64,000 bases of DNA from an uncultured delta proteobacterium (GTDB lineage: Bacteria > Myxococcota_A > Polyangia > Polyangiales > Houyiibacteriaceae), in contig CAVOVB010000001.1 of NCBI GenBank assembly GCA_963699755.1, positions 128,001-192,000 of the forward strand, read 5' to 3'. Below the pieces are notes generated by a model. It searched no databases. It saw only the letters and a list, made by a program, of their open reading frames with translations, and was not told the origin of the DNA. How positions within the stretch are numbered: the stretch's first letter is position 1; every line of letters begins with the position of its first letter. The position numbers and the translations under genes were made by a program. Positions 7,252 through 15,445 of the stretch are shown here, piece by piece.

Positions 7252-8392
7252 GAGGCGTGGCCCTACCGGCGAGGAGCTGCCCGCGGGCATTTCCTGGGAT
7301 GCATCGAAGAGGCGCTACCGCGTCCGCGGCAAGCATGGGGGCAAGACCCTGTCCGATGCGATGAAGAGGAAGCGCGACCTCGACCGTGAGGCGCGTGGTG
7401 TGAAGCCTCACGTACTGTCTGCCTACTTCGACCACTGGGCGGCCTGGCAGCAGCGCAAGGGTCGCCGCAACGTGAAGAAGGACCGCCGCCGCCTCGAGCT
7501 CCACGTCGAACCCACGTTCGGGCAGAAGGCGTTGACTGGCTTGACGCCGCCCGAGCTCCTCGATTTGTATTGGAAGCTCTACGACAGCGGCGATGGTGTG
7601 ATCGGCGCCCGGACGATTCGGGACGTGAACGGACTAATCAGCAGTGTCTACTCGTTGGCGGTGTTCGAGGGGTTGGCGGACTACAACCCAGCAACGCAGA
7701 TGCCGCGCGGTTCGATGCCGAAGGTCGGCGACAACCCCTGGGAGAGGTACGAACCGGGGGAAGTTGTGACCCTGCTTACCGACGAACGAATCCGGCTCGA
7801 CCGCCGCGTGCTTTACGCTCTGCTCTTCTGGTTCGCGGACCGCGAGGGCGAGGGCTGCGGGTTCACGTTTGAGGACTACGACCGCCTCCCGAAGCCTCTA
7901 GGCGCGATGGCAATCGACAAGCAGTACCAGGGGCAGCCGTTGAAGGGCAGCCGAGATGACTACATCGCCGCGCGTCGATTTCCGGTGCATCCCGAAGCCG
8001 CGGCCTTGATCGCGCGCTGGAGATTGTCGGGCTTCCCGTCGATCTTCGGCCGAACCCCTCGATGCGATGACCCGATCGTGCCTAATCCCCGCACCATGAA
8101 GGCCCGCAAGCCGAACGCGGTCTACAAGGCGCTGATCGAAGATGAGAAGCGCGTCGGCATCGAGCACAAGAAGGGTCGCGCGACCCACGGGTTCCGCAAG
8201 TGCTGGATCTCGATGGCGCATGAAGCCGGGGCCAACCGTGAAGCCGTTCGCGTTCTCACACACACTGGGCGGTCGCGCGATGTGCTGGACCGCTATGCAC
8301 TCTGGTCCTGGGACAAGCTCTGCGAAACTGCGGCGCTCGTCGAGCTCCCCGAGACTGCACAAGTGATCGCGTTAGGGGGCCGTCGTGCATGA
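7244..8392 (+). CDS. int: Tyrosine recombinase/integrase
   Basis: GGAGG SD; R (ADREGE), K (LKGS), HGFR, H (LTHT), Y (LDRY); adjacent to a tRNA. Confidence 0.88.
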   Translation: MAKRRGPTGEELPAGISWDASKRRYRVRGKHGGKTLSDAMKRKRDLDREARGVKPHVLSAYFDHWAAWQQRKGRRNVKKDRRRLELHVEPTFGQKALTGLTPPELLDLYWKLYDSGDGVIGARTIRDVNGLISSVYSLAVFEGLADYNPATQMPRGSMPKVGDNPWERYEPGEVVTLLTDERIRLDRRVLYALLFWFADREGEGCGFTFEDYDRLPKPLGAMAIDKQYQGQPLKGSRDDYIAARRFPVHPEAAALIARWRLSGFPSIFGRTPRCDDPIVPNPRTMKARKPNAVYKALIEDEKRVGIEHKKGRATHGFRKCWISMAHEAGANREAVRVLTHTGRSRDVLDRYALWSWDKLCETAALVELPETAQVIALGGRRA

Positions 8393-8408
8393 CACCGGCA
8401 TGACACCG
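8387..8408. repeat. 11-bp perfect tandem repeat, candidate integrase arm sites
   Basis: GCATGACACCG x2 between the int stop and the tRNA 3' end. Confidence 0.6.
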
Positions 8409-8441
8409 TTTGCGTTCGTCGCAGAAAACCCAGCGCGAAGT

Positions 8442-8531
8442 TGGCGGAGGAGGAGGGATTCGAACCCCCGGTAGAGTCGCCCCTACAACGGATTTCAAAT
8501 CCGCCGCCTTCGACCGCTCGGCCACTCCTCC
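8442..8531 (-). tRNA. tRNA-Ser (TGA), CCA encoded
   Basis: GGAGGAG acceptor stem, GCGGA-TTTGAAA-TCCGT anticodon arm, long variable arm, GGTTCGAATCC, 3' GCCA. Confidence 0.97.
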
Positions 8532-8647
8532 GTGAGGGGGCGATTTAGCACAGGCTTCGCTCGGTTGCCCTTCCCATTCGAGTCGATCTCGGCCTATATT
8601 TGGCGGTCCCCAGACGGTGGGCGGCTGGGCACTCGAAAGGTGACGCT

Positions 8648-10435
8648 GTGGCGACTGACACGATTCCAAATCGACTTCTGCAAAGAGCGAAAAGGACCCC
8701 CAACGATCCTGCGTACTACGTACGCGAAGGCGGCAGCTGGAAGCCGACGAGCTGGGGCAGGTACTCCGACCAGGTGACGCAGGCCGGGCGCGCGTTGATC
8801 GCCCTTGGCTTCAAGCCAGGACAGACGGTTTGCATCCTCGGGTTCAATCGCCCCGAATGGGCGATCATCGACCTCGCCACAATGGGTGCCGGCGGCGCGC
8901 CCGCTGGCATCTACACCACCTGCTCCCCCGTCGAGGTTCGTTACATCGTCGCCCATGCCGAAGCGCCGGTCATCATCGTCGAGAATGAAGATCAGTGGCG
9001 CAAGGTTCTAGCGGAACGCGAGAACATGCCGAACCTGAAGCACGTCGTCACGATGAAGGGCTGTCCCCCGATCGCTGACGAGATGGTGATGAGCTGGGAA
9101 GAGTTCATGGCCAAGGGCGACGAGGTCGAGAAGCAGGCTTACCTCGGCCGCGTCGAGAGTCTGAATCCGAAGGCGCTTGCAACTCTGATCTACACCTCCG
9201 GCACGACGGGCCCGCCCAAGGGCGTCATGCTGAGCAACGAGAACCTGGCCTGGACGTCGAACATCGCCATCCAGATCACGACGATCAACTCGACGGATTG
9301 CTCGCTCTCCTATCTGCCGCTTTCGCACATCGCCGAGCAGATGTTCACGCTGCACATTCCGATCACCACCGGCGCGCGGGTGTACTTCGCCGAGTCGATC
9401 GAAGCGGTTCCCGAAAACCTCAAAGAGGTTCAGCCCACCATCTTCTTCGGCGTGCCGCGGATCTGGGAGAAGTTCCACGCCGGCATCTCCGCCAAGCTCG
9501 AGGAAGCGACGGGTGTGAAGGCCAGGCTGGTGAAATGGGCGATGAAGGTCGGCTGGGAGGCCAACCAAAGCCCCGAGGGCACCAAAGGCCTTCAATATGC
9601 GCTCGCCAACAAGCTGATCTATTCGAAGCTCCTGCCAGCGATCGGCATGGGCAATGCCCGGGTTTGCGTCACCGGCGCGGCACCCATTGCACGCGAGGTG
9701 CTCGAATTCTTCGCGAGCTTGGACCTCGTCGTGCTCGAGGTCTATGGGCAGTCGGAGGACAGCGGCCCGACCAGCTTCAACACCCCGACCCGGTATCGTT
9801 TTGGCAGCGTCGGTCCCGCACTGCCGGGGGTCGAGGTGAGGATCGCCGAAGACGACGAGATCATGGTCAAGGGCCCCAACGTGTTCATGGGTTACTACAA
9901 GGACAAGGAGGCAACCGACGAGACGCTCACCGACGGTTGGTTGCATTCGGGTGACTTGGGCGCCTTCGATAAGGACGGGTTCTTGAACATCACTGGCCGC
10001 AAGAAGGACATCATCATCACCGCCGGCGGCAAGAACATCACGCCGAAGAACCTCGAAGCGGCCATCAAGAACCATCCGCTCGTCGACGAAGCCGTGGTGA
10101 TCGGCGATCGTCGCAAGTACCTGAGCGCGCTCGTCACCATCGATGCCGAGGCGGGCCCGACCTGGGCTGCAGCCAATGGCGAAGATGCCAGCGCGCTACA
10201 CAAAAGCCAGAAGCTCAGGGCGAGCATCCAGGCGCACATCGACGAGATGAACGCCCATTTCGCGCGCGTGGAGCAAATCAAGAAGTTCACCATTCTCAAG
10301 CGAAACTTCAGCATCGAAGATGGCGAGCTCACGCCGACCTTGAAGGTGAAGCGGGCCAAGGTGAACGCTCACTTCGCCGAAGACATCGAGAAGATGTACG
10401 ACGAGGGCGGCGCGCAGGCCCAGCCGAGGGCGTAG
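8648..10435 (+). CDS. fadD: Long-chain fatty acid-CoA ligase (FadD/ACSBG-like)
   Basis: YTSGTTGPPKG, YGQSE, GWLHSGDLG, ELTPTLKVKR; GTG after GAAAGG. Confidence 0.92.
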   Translation: MATDTIPNRLLQRAKRTPNDPAYYVREGGSWKPTSWGRYSDQVTQAGRALIALGFKPGQTVCILGFNRPEWAIIDLATMGAGGAPAGIYTTCSPVEVRYIVAHAEAPVIIVENEDQWRKVLAERENMPNLKHVVTMKGCPPIADEMVMSWEEFMAKGDEVEKQAYLGRVESLNPKALATLIYTSGTTGPPKGVMLSNENLAWTSNIAIQITTINSTDCSLSYLPLSHIAEQMFTLHIPITTGARVYFAESIEAVPENLKEVQPTIFFGVPRIWEKFHAGISAKLEEATGVKARLVKWAMKVGWEANQSPEGTKGLQYALANKLIYSKLLPAIGMGNARVCVTGAAPIAREVLEFFASLDLVVLEVYGQSEDSGPTSFNTPTRYRFGSVGPALPGVEVRIAEDDEIMVKGPNVFMGYYKDKEATDETLTDGWLHSGDLGAFDKDGFLNITGRKKDIIITAGGKNITPKNLEAAIKNHPLVDEAVVIGDRRKYLSALVTIDAEAGPTWAAANGEDASALHKSQKLRASIQAHIDEMNAHFARVEQIKKFTILKRNFSIEDGELTPTLKVKRAKVNAHFAEDIEKMYDEGGAQAQPRA

Positions 10436-10472
10436 TCGAGCCCTCAAGAGGCGCTTGGGTCACCAGCGGCGT

Positions 10473-10889
10473 CTAACCGACGACCGTCACGGTGACCCGT
10501 CGCCGATGCCCCCGGCGTCGGTGCTCCCAGACGAAGACGCCCTGCCAGGTGCCGAGCGCACAGCGCCCAGCATTCACCGGAATGCTCAGCGAAGTTTGAG
10601 TCAGGGCGGTTTTGACGTGCGCCGGCATGTCGTCTGGACCTTCCATCGTATGGACGTAGAGCGAATCGCCATCGGGAACGAGCCTGGAAAGGAAGGCCTC
10701 GAGGTCGCGTTGCACGTCTCGGTCGGCGTTCTCGTTGATGATGAGCGACGCGCTTGTGTGATGAATGAAGACGGTGCAGAGGCCTTCCGAAATGCCGGAA
10801 GCCGCGACAGCCTCTTGGACCCGCTCCGTGATCTCGAGCGTGCCCCTGCCCCGCGTCTCGACGGTGAAGGTTTGCGACTTCGCGCTCAT
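10473..10889 (-). CDS. yjbQ: YjbQ (UPF0047) family protein
   Basis: HTSASLIINENAD, EGPDDMPAH, LGTWQGV. Confidence 0.92.
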   Translation of the reverse strand: MSAKSQTFTVETRGRGTLEITERVQEAVAASGISEGLCTVFIHHTSASLIINENADRDVQRDLEAFLSRLVPDGDSLYVHTMEGPDDMPAHVKTALTQTSLSIPVNAGRCALGTWQGVFVWEHRRRGHRRRVTVTVVG

Positions 10890-11359
10890 GGCGCCGATAC
10901 CCTCATCCACATTGCGGCTTGGTCGCCCTGATAGATCAGGATCTCATCCTGCCTGAAGCGGAACTCGTAGCGTCCGAACACCTGGTTCTCACGCTGGCGG
11001 ATCTTCACGGCACGAAGCTCCAATTCCAAGGGCGATCCCATCTTGGCAAGGGCGGCGAAGCGTGCGTCGTAGATCCGTCCGCCGTAACCGATCCATCCGT
11101 CTGCGTGACGAAGGCCGAGGACGTAATAGGTGTGCATGAAGCCGAGGATGCCGGTCAGGTGAACCATCAAGCCGCCGCTCACATGCCGCGGATGCCGCAC
11201 CGGGTGCGCCCGCTGATCGCGAGTTAGAGGAAGGTCGGGGCGCGTGCTCATCCGCGCGCGCACGATTCCCGATTCTTTGTCGACTTCGACGAGCTCGTCG
11301 ATACAGATCGCGCCCGGTCCGTACGGGCAATCAGCAACGAATTCCGGGTCCAATGGCAT
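10886..11359 (-). CDS. Hotdog-fold (FabA/FabZ-like) protein
   Basis: CPYGP..CIDE N-terminus, ARF..(P)LELEL strand pattern; coupled to neighbours. Confidence 0.6.
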   Translation of the reverse strand: MPLDPEFVADCPYGPGAICIDELVEVDKESGIVRARMSTRPDLPLTRDQRAHPVRHPRHVSGGLMVHLTGILGFMHTYYVLGLRHADGWIGYGGRIYDARFAALAKMGSPLELELRAVKIRQRENQVFGRYEFRFRQDEILIYQGDQAAMWMRVSAP

Positions 11360-11362
11360 CAA

Positions 11363-12019
11363 CTAGACTCCCTGGGCGTCCGCATCCCAAATCATTTTGT
11401 GAATCTGCATCTGCACACGAACCGGCAAGCCATCTTCCAGGACCCATTGCACCAGGTCCTTGGGGTCGAGCTCCCCCCAGACGCAGCTCAGCAAGACGGC
11501 ATTCACGCGCTCGGCAAGACCGTGCTCCTCGATGACGCCTTTCGCCCAGTCGTAGTCGACGCGATCGGCGAGGACGAGCTTGACCTCGTCTCGTATGCTC
11601 AGGTCTGCGATGTTCTCCCATCGATTGCGATGCGACTCGCCACTCCCAGGTGCTTTGAGATCCATGATTCGATGCACGCGAGGGTCGACCTCGGAGATAT
11701 CGCGCTCGCCGCTGGTTTCGAGGAGGACGGTGCGGCCAGCGTCGCAGAGCTCTCGGAGCAGGGGAATCGCGCCCGGCTGGAGCAGGGGCTCACCACCGGT
11801 GAGCTCGACCAGCGGCGTACCAAACGAGAGCGCCTTTTCTAGCGCCTCGGCGCGCGGCATCTGGGTCCCGCCCTCGAAGGCCTGAGGCGTGTCACACCAG
11901 CGGCAACGGAGGTTGCAGCGGGAGAGCCGCACGAAGGTACAAGGAAGCCCGGCGAACGTCGATTCACCTTGAACCGACTCGTAGATCTCGTGAATCCGTA
12001 TCTGCTCGGCGTCAGACAT
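11363..12019 (-). CDS. queE: 7-carboxy-7-deazaguanine synthase QueE (radical SAM)
   Basis: EIYESVQGE, CNLRCRWCDT, LTGGEPLLQ, QIHK. Confidence 0.9.
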   Translation of the reverse strand: MSDAEQIRIHEIYESVQGESTFAGLPCTFVRLSRCNLRCRWCDTPQAFEGGTQMPRAEALEKALSFGTPLVELTGGEPLLQPGAIPLLRELCDAGRTVLLETSGERDISEVDPRVHRIMDLKAPGSGESHRNRWENIADLSIRDEVKLVLADRVDYDWAKGVIEEHGLAERVNAVLLSCVWGELDPKDLVQWVLEDGLPVRVQMQIHKMIWDADAQGV

Positions 12020-12021
12020 GG

Positions 12022-13251
12022 TCAGCGTGGGTTCCGTGTAATGAGGATCAACATCTGCCCCTGTTCGGCTGCGCGCGCCGGAGCCTCGACGATCAGATCC
12101 CACATTCCGGGCCGCGCATCCACCTCCAAGGTCTGAGTACGCCGCCGGACGCAGCGCTCGCCCTTTTCGTCCACGCGGACCCAGAGGACGCGGTGCTTGT
12201 AGCCGTCGATATCGAACGCAGAAGCACGGAGACGAGTACGCGCGCTGAGCGCGAGCCGATGCCGGTATAGCCGAGAGCTTGGCCTGAGGACGCCGCAGTG
12301 CTTGGGAAGGGTCCCCGCGAGTGGGAGGCTCGATTTGGTGACGAGGGCGGAGAAGGGAAAGGCGTCAGTGCCAGTGCCCGCGTCAGTGCCAATGCCCGCG
12401 TCAGTGCCAGTGCCCGCGTCAGCGACGACGCCAGTGTCCCTGCCGCTGTCGCTGTCCCCGCCCTCAACCGCCCTCCTCAGCGCATCCAACATCTCCAAGG
12501 TCAACAAGTTCCTCAGATTGTTCCCGTAGCGCAGCCCCTCTTCGGTCAACTGACACGCCGCTTGCGCCCCACCGCGCCCCAGCACGTTCGGGTGCACGCC
12601 GTCTCGCGCCAAACCTTTGCGGGGCAGCGCCGATAGCGCGCCGTGGTAGTCGATGAACGGGAGTGACCAGTGCGTGGCCACCGCTTCGGTGATCGCGTTG
12701 AAGCGGCGGATCCAGCGCTCCTTGAGCGAGTTTCGTCTTGGCAGGGCGGAGCCGAGGATGGGGACGACGCCCATCGCTTCCAGTGCCTCGACCAGGTAGA
12801 CCAGGCGCTTCAAATAGACGCGCTCGTTTTCGTTTTGTGCGTCGTTGCCGCCGAACAAGACCAGCGCCCAGCGTGCTTGCGTCGCCTCGAGCTCTTCTCG
12901 GAAGCTGGCTGGCCGGCCGCCCAAGACGTAGCGGAGGTTCCAGCTCACCCCTGCGGCTTGGCTTTCGCGGTTGAAGGAATTGCGCTGTGCGTTGCCGAAG
13001 TAGGCGAGCGTCTCAGCCAACGCTTCGTGCTCGCCGAGCTCTACATAGGGTGCGGCAAAGCAGTGAAGGAACGCTTTGCTCGCTACACTCGAGCCCCCCA
13101 TCTTCGAGAACACGTCGTCCCGGAGCCCCGGCTTGCGCGCGTGAATCCCTCGAACGTGCGCGCTCACTTCATCGCTCAGCTCGAGCGGTTCGGCACGAGC
13201 GCCTCCGGCGACCGCGAGCGCCAGCACAGGAGCAAGCCAATTTTGCTTCAT
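12022..13251 (-). CDS. Secreted SGNH/GDSL-like hydrolase
   Basis: Signal peptide; FSKMGGSS block I, GGND block III, DGVHP block V. Confidence 0.75.
   Translation of the reverse strand: MKQNWLAPVLALAVAGGARAEPLELSDEVSAHVRGIHARKPGLRDDVFSKMGGSSVASKAFLHCFAAPYVELGEHEALAETLAYFGNAQRNSFNRESQAAGVSWNLRYVLGGRPASFREELEATQARWALVLFGGNDAQNENERVYLKRLVYLVEALEAMGVVPILGSALPRRNSLKERWIRRFNAITEAVATHWSLPFIDYHGALSALPRKGLARDGVHPNVLGRGGAQAACQLTEEGLRYGNNLRNLLTLEMLDALRRAVEGGDSDSGRDTGVVADAGTGTDAGIGTDAGTGTDAFPFSALVTKSSLPLAGTLPKHCGVLRPSSRLYRHRLALSARTRLRASAFDIDGYKHRVLWVRVDEKGERCVRRRTQTLEVDARPGMWDLIVEAPARAAEQGQMLILITRNPR
12362..12422. repeat. 18-bp tandem repeat (GTGTDA linker)
   Basis: GCGTCAGTGCCARTGCCC x3 plus partial copy. 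Confidence 0.85.
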
Positions 13252-14126
13252 TGAATCGCGCTCGAAGGGACTTCGTAGAGTCGGCTCGGCTCGCGGGTGA
13301 TGCCGCGGTTCTTGTTGTCGGTGAGGAGCAGCGCCGAGCCATCCTCCATCCAGAGGAGCCCTTCGAAATTCGGCAGTGGAGACACGAGCGCCGAGAGATC
13401 GGCCGCAAGGGTTGGCTCGATCCACTGTGCCTCAGGCCCCCTGGGGACTCGAAAGCGTAGCAGGCGCGACACGCCGTAGTGGCGCTCGACGGCGAGCGCT
13501 ACGATCGACTCGCCGACGAGCTTGCAACTCAGCGCGGCCAGCTTCCCGGTCCCAGTCGTGAGCTCGACCCGGTGTGCGGTCCAGCTCTGCGTCTTCGGAT
13601 CAAACACGCCGACGGGTGCCCAGCGTCGCTTGCGCTGTCGTTCCACGAGCTCGGTCGCCAACACGAAGAGGCCATCTACGTGACAAATCCCCTCGATGCC
13701 ACGGTTATCTGGGGCGGTCAGCTGCCAGCGGGCGTAGTCGAGCTGGCCGACCCGCGTGACCCGGAATCGCCCGCCCTCGAGCCTGCCTTCGAGGAGGAGA
13801 TCGCTGAGGCGGTCCTTCTGCTGGGTTTCGGTGCCGAGGAGGAACCGCGTCCCGTCCACCCAGGCCATCGCCTCTAGATCGGTCCCGGGCGGCGCACCCA
13901 CGACGGAGTAGCGGGTGACGCCGAAGGTCGCAGGGTCGATGCGGAGCACCGAATCCCCGTCTTCGCCCGGCGCCCAAAACGCGCCGTGCTCATCCGAGGT
14001 GAGTCCAGACAAGCCGGCGACCTCGGAATCCAGTGTGACGACGCGCCCCGGGCCACGCGGCTCCCTCTTCGTGCAGCCAGCGAAGGCGAGCAGCAGCAGC
14101 GCGGCAAGCGCGGCCCAGATGCGCAC
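13248..14126 (-). CDS. Beta-propeller lipoprotein (phytase-like/SdiA-regulated type)
   Basis: Lipobox AFAGC; LSGL, DLEAM, GIEGI, NFEGL, LLTDN blade motifs. Confidence 0.7.
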   Translation of the reverse strand: MRIWAALAALLLLAFAGCTKREPRGPGRVVTLDSEVAGLSGLTSDEHGAFWAPGEDGDSVLRIDPATFGVTRYSVVGAPPGTDLEAMAWVDGTRFLLGTETQQKDRLSDLLLEGRLEGGRFRVTRVGQLDYARWQLTAPDNRGIEGICHVDGLFVLATELVERQRKRRWAPVGVFDPKTQSWTAHRVELTTGTGKLAALSCKLVGESIVALAVERHYGVSRLLRFRVPRGPEAQWIEPTLAADLSALVSPLPNFEGLLWMEDGSALLLTDNKNRGITREPSRLYEVPSSAIQ

Positions 14127-14128
14127 GT

Positions 14129-15445
14129 TCAGCGGACCGCTTCGAGCACGGCAGCCGCGCCGAGGCCGCCGGCGGCACAGATCCCGAGAAGGGCTGTCTC
14201 CTTGCCACTGCGTGCGAGCTCGTTGGCCATCGTCGTCACCATGCGCGCCCCTGTGGCGCCAAACGGATGCCCAATCGAGAGCGAGCCGCCGTAGATGTTG
14301 AAGGTCTCTTCATCGATTTCGCCGACGGCCTTGCTCCTGCCAAGTCTCAGCTCGGCGAAGCCCTTGCTCGCAAGAGCCTTGGTCACCGAAAGAACCTGCG
14401 CCGCGAACGCTTCGTGCATGTCGACGAGGCTCGTGTCCTTGAGCTCCATGCCGGCTCGGTCGAGCGCCCGCGGCATTGCGAGCGCAGGACCGATGAGCAG
14501 CTGATCCGCCGGGTCCACACCGACGTACGACCAGCTACGGAAGGCGGCTAGCGCCTTGTAGCCCAGCGCCCGCGCCTTGTCCTCGCTCATCAGCAAGACC
14601 GCAGCCGCGCCGTCGGTCAGGGGCGATGCGTTGCCTGCCGTCACGGTGCCGTTCTTCGCGAATACGGGGCGGAGCTTCGAGAGCTTCTCGAAAGTCGTGT
14701 CGCCGCGCACGAGGTTGTCGGCGTACACCCATCCGTCCGAAGTCTCTACGGCGGTGACTTCATCGTCGAAACGCCCCGACGCGATCGCTGCGGCCGCCCG
14801 GTGGTGCGAACGCTCTGAGAAACGGTCCTGTGCCTCGCGCGTGATCTCATTGCGCTGAGCCATCGACTCCGCGGACTCGCCCATCACTTCGCCGGTAGTG
14901 CGTTCGGCAATTTTCGGCATCTTCGGGAGAATTTCAGTGATCGGCATCATCTGCGACAGTACCCCGAGGTAGTCCGTGGGCGTGGAAGCCTTGCCGAATG
15001 CAAGCGGCGCGAGCGCGTGAACCGCCTTCTGTGGAAGGTTGAGCGGCGCGTTGCTCGTCGAGTCCGAGCCGCCAGCAATCACGACGTCCGCCTCGCCGCG
15101 CTCAATTGCCGCAGCCGCGAGGGTGACTGCCTGCAAACCCGAAGCGCAGGCGCGCGTACAGGTCATGCCTTCGACGCTGGCAGGCAAACGCAGGTCTAGC
15201 GCAATCTCGCGTGCGATGTTCGGCGCGTGCGAAGGCAAAATGACGCCGCCCCAAACGATGCTGTCAATCTCCTGATGAGGAACATCGGTGCGCTCGAGAA
15301 GCGCCTTCACCGCGATGTCACCCAAGTCGATGCTGTCGAGCTTGAGAAACTTGCCAAAGGCTTTGACGAACGGGGTCCGAACGCCAGCGACGATGACCGC
15401 GCGACGCTTCTTGCCCCAACCATTCTTCTTCTTGGCCATCTTCAT
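14129..15445 (-). CDS. Acetyl-CoA C-acyltransferase (thiolase, FadI/FadA2-like)
   Basis: RTPF, ACASG, HEAFAAQ, GHPFGATG, CAAGG. Confidence 0.93.
   Translation of the reverse strand: MKMAKKKNGWGKKRRAVIVAGVRTPFVKAFGKFLKLDSIDLGDIAVKALLERTDVPHQEIDSIVWGGVILPSHAPNIAREIALDLRLPASVEGMTCTRACASGLQAVTLAAAAIERGEADVVIAGGSDSTSNAPLNLPQKAVHALAPLAFGKASTPTDYLGVLSQMMPITEILPKMPKIAERTTGEVMGESAESMAQRNEITREAQDRFSERSHHRAAAAIASGRFDDEVTAVETSDGWVYADNLVRGDTTFEKLSKLRPVFAKNGTVTAGNASPLTDGAAAVLLMSEDKARALGYKALAAFRSWSYVGVDPADQLLIGPALAMPRALDRAGMELKDTSLVDMHEAFAAQVLSVTKALASKGFAELRLGRSKAVGEIDEETFNIYGGSLSIGHPFGATGARMVTTMANELARSGKETALLGICAAGGLGAAAVLEAVR

Larger units (their letters stand above)
1..8441 (+). mobile_element. tRNA-Ser-integrated phage satellite/prophage-like element (right part; left end outside window)
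   Basis: VapE helicase, protease-capsid fusion, HTH, Xis-like and tyrosine integrase genes are co-oriented and end 50 bp from the tRNA 3' end; housekeeping genes begin right after the tRNA. Confidence 0.88.

Noticed and set aside
1..8441. Second att copy (tRNA 3'-end duplicate) within the window
   Set aside because: No repeat of the tRNA 3' end seen; the helicase is cut by the window edge, so the element size cannot be determined
11363..12019. queE as part of a 7-deazaguanine DNA-modification (dpd) defence island
   Set aside because: No dpdA, queC, queD or folE nearby; it lies on the host side of the tRNA
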